DNA from: Oligoflexales bacterium
GTDB lineage: Bacteria > Bdellovibrionota_B > Oligoflexia > Oligoflexales > CAIYRB01
Length of the DNA: 64,000 nt
NCBI GenBank assembly: GCA_041736175.1
Contig: JBGSUI010000126.1
Location: 6,863-70,862 of the forward strand
Direction: 5' to 3'
The notes under the pieces are model-generated. The model did no database searches, was not told the origin of the DNA, and saw nothing but the letters and a program-made list of their open reading frames with translations. Position 1 is the first letter of the stretch. The number at the start of each line of letters is the position of its first letter. The position numbers and the translations under genes were made by a program. This document shows positions 52,324 through 62,507 of this stretch, piece by piece.

Positions 52324-52374
52324 TGTATTTCCTACAATACAATTTTCAGGTATTTTTGTATTGATAGGAATACA
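52324..52374. promoter_or_regulatory. Two palindromic boxes TGTATT-N6-AATACA upstream of the AAA ATPase
   Basis: Boxes at 52324-52341 and 52357-52374, 33 bp apart. Confidence 0.7.
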
Positions 52375-52394
52375 GATGTCATTTGGGAGGTGGT

Positions 52395-53660
52395 ATGGTG
52401 TCGATTGATTTAGAGCCTTTTTATAGGTTTCATCAAAATGTTGTGAGTGACATCGTCAGCGCAAAAAAGCGCTATCTCGCTGACCAGATTGATTGGAGCG
52501 AAAACGCGATCATGGTCGTGGGCGATCGAGGGGTCGGAAAAACCACCATGTTGGTCCAAAGAGCACGCCTAACCTACCGGGATATCGATGAATGGTTATA
52601 TATCGCAGGGGACTATTTTGAGCTCGCGGAAACAAAATTGTATTCCACGGTCGATTCTTATTTTGCTCAAAAAGCTGGAAAATGCATCATTCTCGACGAA
52701 GTTCATAAATATCCTAATTGGAAAACCGAGCTAAAAAACATTTTAGATGCGTTTCAAAGTAAAAAAATTTTTATTTCTGGAAGTTCCAGCATACATCTCC
52801 TCGAAGGCACAGATTCGCGACGTTCCTCTATCAAAGATTCGAGCACGGATCTTCAGCGGCGCCGGACTCTGTACCTCCTGAAACACCTGAGTTTTCGGGA
52901 ATACCTTGATTTTAAACTGGACCTTCAGCTCCCTAGTGTCGGTTTGTCCGAAATGATAGAAAACGCTAGCTCCATCGCTTTGTCGGCCATAACCCTTTTG
53001 AAAGGAAAGGATATGACAGTCCTTCGTGCTTTCGAAGACTACCTTTTACAGGGGTGTTATCCCTGGTTTTTGTCTGCCCCCAACAGCTATGGAAAAAGAC
53101 TTGAAGGCACGATCAATCAAGTGATTGAGTCTGATATCGCTCTATCCATGGAAATAAATGCCGAGGGCGTTCAAAAAATAAAAAAGCTTTTTTCCTTGAT
53201 TGCATCATCAAAACCTTTTAGCCCAAATATTAATTCCCTCTCGCGGGAACTCGGGTCCACACGGGATACGATTTATAAATATATCTCATATATGGAAAAA
53301 TCTGGTTTAATTCGGATTTTACATGATGAGATAAGCAAGGCGAGTCAGATTCTGACTAGACCCGATAAAATCTGTATTGCTAATCCTAACCTTCTGCAAA
53401 TACCCCATGATATAAGGATGCATTCAGAATATCGCGGATCGATGCGCGAATCATTTTTTGTCTCTAACTTCTCCACACAGGATATTACTTCGACAAAAAA
53501 AGGTGATTTTTGTGTCGGACACTATACTTTCGAAATAGGTGGACCTAACAAGACCGCCTCCCAAATCGAAGGTATTCCAAATTCTTTTGTAGTTCGGGAT
53601 GGGCAAGAGATACCGTCCAATAAGTCTTTACCGCTGTGGATGTTTGGTTTTTTGTATTGA
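52395..53660 (+). CDS. AAA_14 + DUF4143-type ATPase
   Basis: GDRGVGKTT, IILDEVHKY, ISGSS, SFREY, PDKICIANPNL, RESFF, DF...FEIGG; AT-rich. Confidence 0.88.
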   Translation: MVSIDLEPFYRFHQNVVSDIVSAKKRYLADQIDWSENAIMVVGDRGVGKTTMLVQRARLTYRDIDEWLYIAGDYFELAETKLYSTVDSYFAQKAGKCIILDEVHKYPNWKTELKNILDAFQSKKIFISGSSSIHLLEGTDSRRSSIKDSSTDLQRRRTLYLLKHLSFREYLDFKLDLQLPSVGLSEMIENASSIALSAITLLKGKDMTVLRAFEDYLLQGCYPWFLSAPNSYGKRLEGTINQVIESDIALSMEINAEGVQKIKKLFSLIASSKPFSPNINSLSRELGSTRDTIYKYISYMEKSGLIRILHDEISKASQILTRPDKICIANPNLLQIPHDIRMHSEYRGSMRESFFVSNFSTQDITSTKKGDFCVGHYTFEIGGPNKTASQIEGIPNSFVVRDGQEIPSNKSLPLWMFGFLY

Positions 53661-53789
53661 ATATTAGCCTATTTAATATACTAATATTATTATTGTTTAT
53701 AAATTAATTATAGTTTTTTATGCTTTTTTCCGAAAAGACTCCTAAGGTGAAAATAGATATTGATTTGATTCGGCGGGAGAGGAGTCATC

Positions 53790-54749
53790 ATGAAGGGCAT
53801 ATTTTGGCTAGCTGTTGTGAGTAGCATAGGGTTGTTGAGCTGCGAGAGTGGCAAAGACACGCGAGAACTGATTTCGGGATCAGAGATGAAAGGAGCAGCT
53901 TCCAGCAGTGGAGAGCCTCAAACTGGCTCCAATGCGGAGCCCAAACCTGACCCCGCCCAGACAAACCCACCCCTCTCGTCTAATGCACCTAATGGAAACG
54001 GACCCCAGGGAGGTGTCTCAACCCCTAATATTCCGACACCTTCGGCACCTACCACGCCCCCCACGTCGTCCCAGCCACCCAGTGGGCCGAGCTCCCCCCA
54101 GACACCCCCACCTCCAGCCGTGGTAAGCCTTGAGGAGTGTGCTAACCAAAAGAAAGCGTGGCCCGCGGTCGTCAACCAAAAGCAACCAACCCAATGCGGT
54201 GACCAACTCGTCGACTGGTGCTGTACCCGTGAAGAAATAAAAGCACGGTTTCCGACATTAGCTTTAACATTAGAGGAAAAATTTAAAAAGCAGGCTGACA
54301 CGGACCAATTTGTCCTCTATCAATGCTCGTTTAACCTTACGGGTTCGCCCCAAAAAGGCATCCAGTATACCTTTCATTTTGCTAAGGTCGTCGAACCCCA
54401 GGTCTTTTACCAACCTATAAATGTTTATAATATCACGGCGACAACACCAGCTCAGCCACAAAACCCTTGTCCTCCTCCTGTGACCGTGGACAAGCTAAAA
54501 AAGCCGCCGACTCTCCCTGCGCCGGATTTTGTGGCTGTGATCAAACCAATCCTCGACGCCAAGTGCGGTGGGACCAACTGTCACGGAGCGGCGACCACCT
54601 TGGGGGCTGCCTTAGACTTTAGTGTTCCCGCTAATCTCAAGAAAGCCAATCAGGCGTTTTTGTTTTCTATGCCACCGGCGAGTGCTGGAAAACCCCCCTT
54701 GACGGGAGCAGAGGTCAAGGCACTCACAGATTATATGGCTACGCCTTAG
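53790..54749 (+). CDS. Pro-rich lipoprotein with C-terminal c-type cytochrome-like domain
   Basis: Lipobox LLSC; Pro-rich linker; KCGGTNCH and SMPP. Confidence 0.7.
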   Translation: MKGIFWLAVVSSIGLLSCESGKDTRELISGSEMKGAASSSGEPQTGSNAEPKPDPAQTNPPLSSNAPNGNGPQGGVSTPNIPTPSAPTTPPTSSQPPSGPSSPQTPPPPAVVSLEECANQKKAWPAVVNQKQPTQCGDQLVDWCCTREEIKARFPTLALTLEEKFKKQADTDQFVLYQCSFNLTGSPQKGIQYTFHFAKVVEPQVFYQPINVYNITATTPAQPQNPCPPPVTVDKLKKPPTLPAPDFVAVIKPILDAKCGGTNCHGAATTLGAALDFSVPANLKKANQAFLFSMPPASAGKPPLTGAEVKALTDYMATP

Positions 54750-54878
54750 GGCTCGTCACACTCTTCTAAATCCTCTCTGATGAGAGCGTTTGATTTTTGA
54801 GTCTATCTAAGCCAGGATAGGGTCGGTCGTCAAACCGCGCCCTTCCCGCTCAAAGTCAAAACCCTAGGAGAGACTTCT

Positions 54879-55571
54879 ATGACCGCCTCTGATCTCTATA
54901 TTAAGCAAATTCCCGTAGGTCCGATGCAAAATTTCGCCTATCTGATCGGCAGCCAGTCTCGGGGCGAATGTTTTGCCGTTGATCCTGCCTGGGAGCCCCA
55001 GAAGGTGATCGATGAAGCGGCCAATGACCAGATGAAAATCAAGGGTCTTTTGGTCACCCACTATCATCAAGACCATTGTGGCGGGAGTTATGGTGGCCAC
55101 CAGATCCCTGGTGTTGCCGAACTTCACGCCACCCTTGGCGTTAAGGTCTATGCCAACACCCATGAAGTCGACGGGATCATCAAAGTGACGGGTTTAGCGA
55201 AAAACGACTTTCATATCTGCCACGGAGGGGATGTGCTGGACGTGGGGGGGATTAACCTAAAGCTTATTCACACTCCAGGGCACACACCTGGAAGCCAGTG
55301 TCTGCTTTGTGAGAGTCGGCTGATTTCTGGAGATACGCTCTTTATTTCGGGGTGTGGCCGGGTGGATCTACCCGGTGGAAACGGACCGCAGCTCTATGAG
55401 AGTCTGAGAAAGATATCGACCCTTCCCGGTGATACAGAAGTCTTGCCAGGTCACCATTATGATCCCCAGGCTACGGCGTCCCTTGATTATATCAAAAAGG
55501 TGAATCCCTACCTCCGGGAAGCGACTGTCGAGGGCTTTCGCTCCCTAAGGGAAAAACCACGGGAAACCTAA
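54879..55571 (+). CDS. MBL-fold hydrolase (glyoxalase II-like)
   Basis: THYHQDHCGG, HTPGHTPGS, SGDTLF..GCGRVDLPGG, PGHHY. Confidence 0.9.
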   Translation: MTASDLYIKQIPVGPMQNFAYLIGSQSRGECFAVDPAWEPQKVIDEAANDQMKIKGLLVTHYHQDHCGGSYGGHQIPGVAELHATLGVKVYANTHEVDGIIKVTGLAKNDFHICHGGDVLDVGGINLKLIHTPGHTPGSQCLLCESRLISGDTLFISGCGRVDLPGGNGPQLYESLRKISTLPGDTEVLPGHHYDPQATASLDYIKKVNPYLREATVEGFRSLREKPRET

Positions 55572-55651
55572 GCGCCGCCCTTTTCAGTTCGAACTGGGAC
55601 CGGTCCGACTTTTTTGGTATGATGACAGCAACGAAATAAGAGGAAACTGTC

Positions 55652-57286
55652 ATGGGTTATGCCAAAAGGTTTTGGAGTGGGTGGGTTTTCTGGGGCCTTC
55701 TAGGCATGTTGAGTTTGATCTTTTTAGGCGAGACTAGGTCCGAAGGGTCAGGGCTTAACCTAGCCCGAAAAAGCGTGTTTAAAATCAATGTGAATACCAG
55801 TATCCCCAGCTTTACCGAGCCATGGCGTCGCCAGCCCGACGGCGGTGGGTCTGGGACCGGATTCTATATCGGGCAAAACCGTATTTTGACCAATGCCCAC
55901 GTGGTGGCCCATGGATCCTATATTACGGTGCTTAGGGATGGGGACTCACGGCCGGTACCTTCCGTCGTCACGTTTATTGCCCATGACTGCGACCTAGCGA
56001 TCTTAGAGCCCAGGGATCCGGAGTTTTTCCGCGACGTTCGTGAGATGGAGTTTGGGAGTGTACCTCGACTCCAGTCGCCTGTGGTCACAGTAGGGTTTCC
56101 CACGGGAGGAGAACAGCTATCCATCACCCAGGGAGTGGTCTCAAGGATCAGTTTTCGTCGCTATGTCCATGACGGTGTGTCAGATCACTTGCTCATCCAG
56201 GTGGATTCTGCCATCAATCCAGGAAACAGCGGGGGCCCGGTCCTCCAAGGCGGTGTTGTGGTAGGGGTCGCCTTCCAAGCTTACACTCAAGCCGAAAATA
56301 CAGGGTATATCATCCCGACTCCAGTGATCCAAAGATTTTTAAAGGATATCGAGGATGGAGTCTATGACGGACATCCTGTTGATGGCATCACGATTATGGA
56401 AAATGCAATGGAAAACGCTGCCAATGCAGCGTTTTTAGGCCTAAACAAAGGGGATGGGGGGGTTAAGATTTCCCATGTGGCCCGTTGGGCGCCTAGTTTT
56501 GGGATTTTACAACCAGGCGATGTGCTCCTTGAGATCGACCAACAACCGATCGGCGTGGATGGAAAGGTCACCTTCCAGGGTGAGAGAGTTAGTTTTCGGG
56601 TACCCTATGATCTTAAACAGGTCGGTGGTGCAGTCGAGTTTAGGATCAATAGGGATGGGGTGTTTAAAAAGGTTGTGGTCAGTCTTACTAAACGTCCGAG
56701 ATTTCCCGAACAAGGATTTGTTTTTGCACGGCATCCAAAATATTTTGTATACGGTGGTTTGGTTTTTACCCAGCTCAATAGGAGCTTTCTGAAAAACTGG
56801 GGGGAAAAGTGGTATTCAGAGGCTCCCCTAAACCTTCGTTTCATAACGTTTAACTGGCCGTTTCTTAGGGATACCGAAAATGCACAGGATATTTTGGTCC
56901 TCGCAAAACTCCTGCCCGATCAGATAAACACTTACTCTAGGTCCAATGTAGACGGAATCGTCCTGAGCGTCGATAAAAAGCCGGTACGATCGATCGAGGA
57001 TTTGGTAGAGCTTTTAGAAAAAGGTGAGAGTGAATTTGCAGTGATCGATTTTCTCGGCAGTGACGACCCAACCGTGATCTCCAGGTCCGAAGTCAAACTG
57101 AGAGGACCTTTGATCAACAAAAAATATGGTGTTGTTCCGGATCGCTGGCTCTTTGGACCTGAAATCGATGGAACCAGGGACACCAGCTCTTCTGAAATGG
57201 GCCCCAACAACAAAATCACTAAGGACACGATCTCTAAGGACACGATTCACCCCAGTCAACCGCAAGGGGGCAAAGATGGGATTTAA
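55652..57286 (+). CDS. Deg/HtrA-type serine protease with PDZ domains (plant Deg2-like architecture), active
   Basis: LTNAHVV, HDCDLA, AINPGNSGGP triad; YFVYGGLVFTQL second PDZ. Confidence 0.92.
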   Translation: MGYAKRFWSGWVFWGLLGMLSLIFLGETRSEGSGLNLARKSVFKINVNTSIPSFTEPWRRQPDGGGSGTGFYIGQNRILTNAHVVAHGSYITVLRDGDSRPVPSVVTFIAHDCDLAILEPRDPEFFRDVREMEFGSVPRLQSPVVTVGFPTGGEQLSITQGVVSRISFRRYVHDGVSDHLLIQVDSAINPGNSGGPVLQGGVVVGVAFQAYTQAENTGYIIPTPVIQRFLKDIEDGVYDGHPVDGITIMENAMENAANAAFLGLNKGDGGVKISHVARWAPSFGILQPGDVLLEIDQQPIGVDGKVTFQGERVSFRVPYDLKQVGGAVEFRINRDGVFKKVVVSLTKRPRFPEQGFVFARHPKYFVYGGLVFTQLNRSFLKNWGEKWYSEAPLNLRFITFNWPFLRDTENAQDILVLAKLLPDQINTYSRSNVDGIVLSVDKKPVRSIEDLVELLEKGESEFAVIDFLGSDDPTVISRSEVKLRGPLINKKYGVVPDRWLFGPEIDGTRDTSSSEMGPNNKITKDTISKDTIHPSQPQGGKDGI

Positions 57287-58808
57287 CCGACATCGAGCTT
57301 TGAGGACTTGTATGGGGTTCGCCCTGTGGCTTGTCCTGTTTTATAGACCCCAAACTTGCTTTGCCGCCTCGCCTGAGGAGCAGTTTGTAAAACTCTTTGT
57401 CAGTAAGGCTGAGATCGATCGGAGTTCTCCCTGGCAGCTTGAGGAAGTCTCCCAACAAGCCTCCCTCGGGGTTGTGGTCGCAGGAGGAAAGATCCTAACG
57501 ACGGCCCTGACGATAGCGAATGGGACCCTGATCGAAATGCAGGTTTTTGGCGCCAACCAACGCCATGAAGTCGAAGTCGAGTTTGCGGATTTTGAAGTTA
57601 ACCTTGCCCTCTTAAGGCCCAAGGATCCTACCGTTGCCCTTAAGGGCCTCTTGCCGGTTGTGTTGGGGGAGGACCTTGAGATCGATGACCAAGTGGAGAT
57701 CTTTCGTCCCCGTGATCTGTATCAGCTAACCAAAATGTCTGGTAGTTTTCAGGAAGTGGGTATCTACACTGCGGTGACGAGCTATTATGGCCTCGTGGCC
57801 TATCTTTTCAAGGTTCAGCAGACAGGTCTAGGTTGGGCCGAGCCGATTATGAAAAAAGGTCAGCTTGTTGCCCTAGCATCTGGCCAGGATACCCAATTTG
57901 TCCATGGTATACCAAGCGACGTCATCAAACACTTTTTAAGTGACCATCCTGGTGGCGCTTACCGGGGATTTCCCTCAATCGGGTTGCAACTAGCTCCGCT
58001 AATTGATCCTAATTTAAGAAAACTTCTCAAGGCAGACAATGTTGGCAATGGGATTCGTATCTCCAAAGTATTTCCATCGAGTCCTTTTGTTGGGCGCGTT
58101 GACCAGAACGACGTGCTCCTGGAGATTGATGGTTTTCCGATCAGCGAGCATGGGTATTTTCAGCACCCTAAATGGGGTAAAGTTTACTTAAAGCATCTTG
58201 TCACCAGGAAATTTGCGGGAGACAGCATGCGGTTAAAAATCCAAAGGGCGGGACAACCCTTAGAGGTCGAAGCGGTCCTGAATCGATTTATTTCTAATGA
58301 TTTTCCAGTGGTCGGTTACCGGACGAAGCAGCAGGAACCACACTTGATCTTTGGAGGACTTCTCTTTCAGGAGTTATCCCAGGATTTCTTAAAACAATGG
58401 GGCAAAAACTGGCGTTCTTACGCCCCTACCGATCTCGTCTATGCCATAGAAAACCAAAACGAGCCGGAAAAGATCCCAGGACGGAGGATTATCTTTTTAT
58501 CTAAAGTATTACCTGACCAGTTTAACCGCGGGTACGAAAAGCTTAAGTATCATATTGTAGAATCCATTAACGACCGCCCGGTGACCTCTATCCAAGGGGT
58601 CCGTGATGCCCTGCGATTCCCGACTTTTTCTAATGGACAACAATTTGCCAGGATCAAGCTTATCCTAGAAGGGGGTGAAATCATCCTCTCATATAACAAA
58701 CTCCAGACGGCCCATCAGAGGATCGCCAGAACCTATGCGGTCACCTCCAAAGACTCTTTTTTTGATCCTCAAGAGGCCACAAGGCCCGTAACCGAGCCTA
58801 ACAAATAA
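57276..58808 (+). CDS. Deg2-like paralogue lacking the catalytic triad
   Basis: LTTALTI, EVNLA, TGLGWAEP at triad positions; HLIFGGLLFQEL PDZ; ATG overlaps the upstream gene end by 11 nt. Confidence 0.85.
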   Translation: MGFNRHRALRTCMGFALWLVLFYRPQTCFAASPEEQFVKLFVSKAEIDRSSPWQLEEVSQQASLGVVVAGGKILTTALTIANGTLIEMQVFGANQRHEVEVEFADFEVNLALLRPKDPTVALKGLLPVVLGEDLEIDDQVEIFRPRDLYQLTKMSGSFQEVGIYTAVTSYYGLVAYLFKVQQTGLGWAEPIMKKGQLVALASGQDTQFVHGIPSDVIKHFLSDHPGGAYRGFPSIGLQLAPLIDPNLRKLLKADNVGNGIRISKVFPSSPFVGRVDQNDVLLEIDGFPISEHGYFQHPKWGKVYLKHLVTRKFAGDSMRLKIQRAGQPLEVEAVLNRFISNDFPVVGYRTKQQEPHLIFGGLLFQELSQDFLKQWGKNWRSYAPTDLVYAIENQNEPEKIPGRRIIFLSKVLPDQFNRGYEKLKYHIVESINDRPVTSIQGVRDALRFPTFSNGQQFARIKLILEGGEIILSYNKLQTAHQRIARTYAVTSKDSFFDPQEATRPVTEPNK

Positions 58809-58965
58809 TCCGTTCCGCCCGATTTATGTCGGTGACAAGTTATTTGGCCCTAATTAGATTTGTAAAATCATGATATTGCCAATAGCTCTTGGTTTCACAA
58901 GAGTTGATTCCGATGAGTTGGATGTCCTTGAAGGGTTCGTCACTAAACTCAAATTAGGCGGAATT

Positions 58966-59997
58966 ATGTATCAATCTCGTAACAATTTAAAAAGTATGAT
59001 TGCAGAAAACAGCTTTTTGTTTTGTTTTGCGTTTGCTCTTTCCCACTCTATTTTGGGGTGTACGAGCAGTGACGCGATTACGGGTAGTTCCAAAAAAGTT
59101 CAAGGCCCTCAACCTACCGGTGGGTCAGCCCTGCAATCGGACGAAGACGATGCTGAGGACGATAGAATCGACGAGCCACAGATGATCTCAGGGGCTTTCT
59201 TAACCTGCACTCGTGTGCCGCAAACCGAGATCACGGCCCAAGATCCAGCGGATACGGAGCCTGTTGGTTGTACGATCAGAGCAGCAGACCGCAAACAGTT
59301 TAACACATCGGATCAAGAAAAAATTCAGATCGTCACCAAACATAAGTTCGCTGAAGTAACCAAACCTCTGCCAAGTCGCAGGAGTGCTCAGGGTTCTCGT
59401 TGGAATGTGATCGCCTTTTTACCGACAGCCCAGTTATATACCGGTGAATTAATCGTGGAAGTCTCCCTCAAGAGCAAACCACCCTTGATGGTGCTTCCTT
59501 TTGCCCTCAGTAACCTCCAGGCATCGACTGTGAAGGAAAGCGAGGAGATCAAACAGGCAAGCACCGAAAACCCAGATGCGGGTCCAGGTCCTAAATCAGA
59601 GCCCCCCCCAGCTCCGGAGATCTTTTCCTTGGGCGGAGATAATATCCAGCCAAGCCACGTTTGGAGTTTGGGCCTTATTAGGTTGGACACCTACGCATTC
59701 TTCCCCTCGAAGCTTTGTCAGTCTGACGGAACTGTAAAAAGAACCGCAGACGGTGAACCGATCAAATCTACAGAGCCCACGATGAGTCAGCCTAAGTGTT
59801 TCGGGTCACTGACTAATAGTGAGACCTTACCTCCACGAAATCAACAAGTTGTAAGTAGTTCCAATTGCATGTTTATTCATGATGGAAACAATATTTATAT
59901 ATTTGATTCCAACAGAATTCAAAGCGACCCAGACAAGTATTCAGTCAGAAATCTCAGTGATCTTGCGATCTCAAAACCGAGATGTTTTGGTCGCTAG
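58966..59997 (+). CDS. Hypothetical lipoprotein
   Basis: Lipobox ILGC; acidic and Pro-rich linkers; several Cys. Confidence 0.65.
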   Translation: MYQSRNNLKSMIAENSFLFCFAFALSHSILGCTSSDAITGSSKKVQGPQPTGGSALQSDEDDAEDDRIDEPQMISGAFLTCTRVPQTEITAQDPADTEPVGCTIRAADRKQFNTSDQEKIQIVTKHKFAEVTKPLPSRRSAQGSRWNVIAFLPTAQLYTGELIVEVSLKSKPPLMVLPFALSNLQASTVKESEEIKQASTENPDAGPGPKSEPPPAPEIFSLGGDNIQPSHVWSLGLIRLDTYAFFPSKLCQSDGTVKRTADGEPIKSTEPTMSQPKCFGSLTNSETLPPRNQQVVSSSNCMFIHDGNNIYIFDSNRIQSDPDKYSVRNLSDLAISKPRCFGR

Positions 59998-62483
59998 GCG
60001 ACTTGTGGCAACTTATAGGTCTCCCATCTTGAGAGGAGGGCAATCAACTTAGGATCCTGTGAAGTCATCTTGGTCTTAAGATCGGCAACATATCGATCAA
60101 GTTGGGTGCCATGTTCGGGTTTGATTTCGAAATAAATCCCAAGCTGGGAATGGAGATACTGGTGGGCATCCAGCAACAGACACATGGTTTCCGGGGCGAC
60201 CGCTGCCTCGACAAACCATTTTAAAAAGCTTTCAAAGACGATTTCTAGGCTGGCGTTAAACGCAGCCTTTTTTGTGGTTTCAATCTGGCAGCGGGCGAGG
60301 GAGCAGAGAGCTTCGACGGATTTTGCTTGGGGAAGCCTTAGCTGAAAGATTTCGGGATGTGTGCCTAAGGAACCTAAGAATTTCAGCAGTTCATAAACTC
60401 GATCCTTATCAGTCCTCTGAAAGTCAAAGGAGGCCAACAGGAGCCAGGCCTCAGCAAATCGGGGGTGATAGGGCGTCTGGGCGACTTCGATAAGTTTTGT
60501 AAGATCTCTTAAAATATTTTTAGCCACTTGGGCCATATGCAGTGTCTGACTGGGGTAGCCAATCTTAAGGATCGCCTCGTGAACAAGCTCCTGCGCCCGT
60601 AGAGCTTCGGGTCTTTGATCCTCAGCGAGGAGTCCTGTGACTTTAAGGATTTTGCGGATCTGCTCCTGGGCTTGGATGATGAGTTTGATGGCACCATCTT
60701 TTTCTTTAAATCCCCGCCAGGGGACCGATTGGATTGTCTTGAGAATGGTAAAAATCTCTTCAGTAGTGCCGGCTCTGGGGATCTGTAAGTTGAAAAGATT
60801 AAGAAACTGGGAGCTTTCGGGGGAGGGATCAAAATCAAGAATAATCTGTCTCAGGGAGTCCAGATCAAAATACCGCTGGAGCCTTGGAATCAGCTGCTCA
60901 AACTTGATCACGAAAAAAAGCTCGTCGGCAGCATTTTGATCAAACTGGACCGGATTGGGTTCGATAATATTTGCAAGCGAAGGTGCTTCTTGGAGGATTC
61001 TCGACCGGGCCTCAGGAGAGACCCAGATGGAGTTTCCATAAAGTTGCAGTTTGTCGGATTTGCGCAGGCTGCTGATGAGTTGGCCGGTGGCGTAGTTAGC
61101 CAGATTGACATCATAGCGAGCTAGGTGGACGGCCTTGGTGATACGCTGGTCGATCCAGCCAAAGTCGATATAAAAAAACCAGTAGTTTCTTTTGAGGAGC
61201 GCATTTAGTTCCCGCGGCTCAAGCAACCGTGCCAGCTTGGGGTCGACGATAGGAATCAGGCTGGAAAGTCCATTGATGCGGCGCTCCACGAGGGGGCCAG
61301 CATCGAGATATAGGCAAGAAAAGAGCCGTAGCAGGTCGACGCAGGGTCTGATAGAGGCTTCGGCATCGATAGCCCCATGGATGGTGTGGCCAATTTCTAA
61401 CAGGTGTAGGTTCATATTTCCAAGCATCTGGCTTAAACAGCGGTGGATTTCTTCGGCTCGGAGTTGGCGGACGGAGCTAGGAATATTCATCATAAGGATT
61501 TCTTGGGGATCATGGTCGATCATATAGGTTGATGACTTAAAACCCACAGTAGCGGCCCAGTGGCTCCCCTCTTTATCGTGACGGGACAGGAATCTTTTGG
61601 CAGAGTGATTGAGTAGTTTAGAGGCGAAAAGGTGTTTATTGAGGATGATCGACGAATTTTTTAAGTCATAGTATGAAGAGTAACCAAAAGCCAAGAAACC
61701 AAGGTGAACCTCAAAAAAAGCATCGAAAAATCTCAAGGTATCCGGTTCTACTTTTAACCCCCATACCAAAAGACGCAAGGCAATACTTGCAAAACTCAAA
61801 CCAGCCGCCCCAATCATGGTATTTCTATGATGACGCTCTTGTTTGCTTAGGGGGAGGCGTAGGAGCAACGAATTAAGTCGACTGGCCGGATCCACTTGGT
61901 AGCCTTTGACAAAGGACACTAAGACTAAGGGAACAACCATACCACTACAAATTACCAGGTCTCTCAGGACCCCTAAGGTCATGGCCTGTTCGGAAAGAAG
62001 CCGCCACTGGTAGCTAAAAAACCCCACAAGTGTGATCAGGAAAAGCACGCCTGAATGGATCCCCACGATAGTCAGCTTTGTATTTAGATTAGTCTTGAGG
62101 TGTTCGAACACCCCACCAAGCATAGTCGTCCCATAGAGGGATGTCAGGACCCCAAAGAGTGCAAAATAAATGACAGGGTTGACTAAGTGCAGTTTTCGAG
62201 CGATGAGGAGGTGGGCTATCAATGCAATGAGCGTACAGGTGGCGCTTTTAGCGAGAACCCACGGGCTAGGGTTTAGGACATAGCTTAAGAGCGATATCAT
62301 CGATAAAGATGTCCCAGCTAAAATCACAGCATAACAAATCCATAACCCAAGGGCCTCGACGTGGGTCGAGCGATCAGTGAGATTTCCAACTAAGAAAAAT
62401 GAGGCGATATTTAGGGATAAGGCGATGGCAATCGAAATAAAGACGACCAAAGTAAGTTTTTTTGGAAATTCTAACTGGTCCAT
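59994..62483 (-). CDS. Large protein with multi-TM N-terminus and possible degenerate class III cyclase-like domain
   Basis: Eight or more hydrophobic segments, then a cytoplasmic region with weak cyclase-like segments, then a helical tail. Confidence 0.6.
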   Translation of the reverse strand: MDQLEFPKKLTLVVFISIAIALSLNIASFFLVGNLTDRSTHVEALGLWICYAVILAGTSLSMISLLSYVLNPSPWVLAKSATCTLIALIAHLLIARKLHLVNPVIYFALFGVLTSLYGTTMLGGVFEHLKTNLNTKLTIVGIHSGVLFLITLVGFFSYQWRLLSEQAMTLGVLRDLVICSGMVVPLVLVSFVKGYQVDPASRLNSLLLRLPLSKQERHHRNTMIGAAGLSFASIALRLLVWGLKVEPDTLRFFDAFFEVHLGFLAFGYSSYYDLKNSSIILNKHLFASKLLNHSAKRFLSRHDKEGSHWAATVGFKSSTYMIDHDPQEILMMNIPSSVRQLRAEEIHRCLSQMLGNMNLHLLEIGHTIHGAIDAEASIRPCVDLLRLFSCLYLDAGPLVERRINGLSSLIPIVDPKLARLLEPRELNALLKRNYWFFYIDFGWIDQRITKAVHLARYDVNLANYATGQLISSLRKSDKLQLYGNSIWVSPEARSRILQEAPSLANIIEPNPVQFDQNAADELFFVIKFEQLIPRLQRYFDLDSLRQIILDFDPSPESSQFLNLFNLQIPRAGTTEEIFTILKTIQSVPWRGFKEKDGAIKLIIQAQEQIRKILKVTGLLAEDQRPEALRAQELVHEAILKIGYPSQTLHMAQVAKNILRDLTKLIEVAQTPYHPRFAEAWLLLASFDFQRTDKDRVYELLKFLGSLGTHPEIFQLRLPQAKSVEALCSLARCQIETTKKAAFNASLEIVFESFLKWFVEAAVAPETMCLLLDAHQYLHSQLGIYFEIKPEHGTQLDRYVADLKTKMTSQDPKLIALLSRWETYKLPQVA

Positions 62484-62507
62484 TTTTGTGCCATATCCAA
62501 ATAGTTT

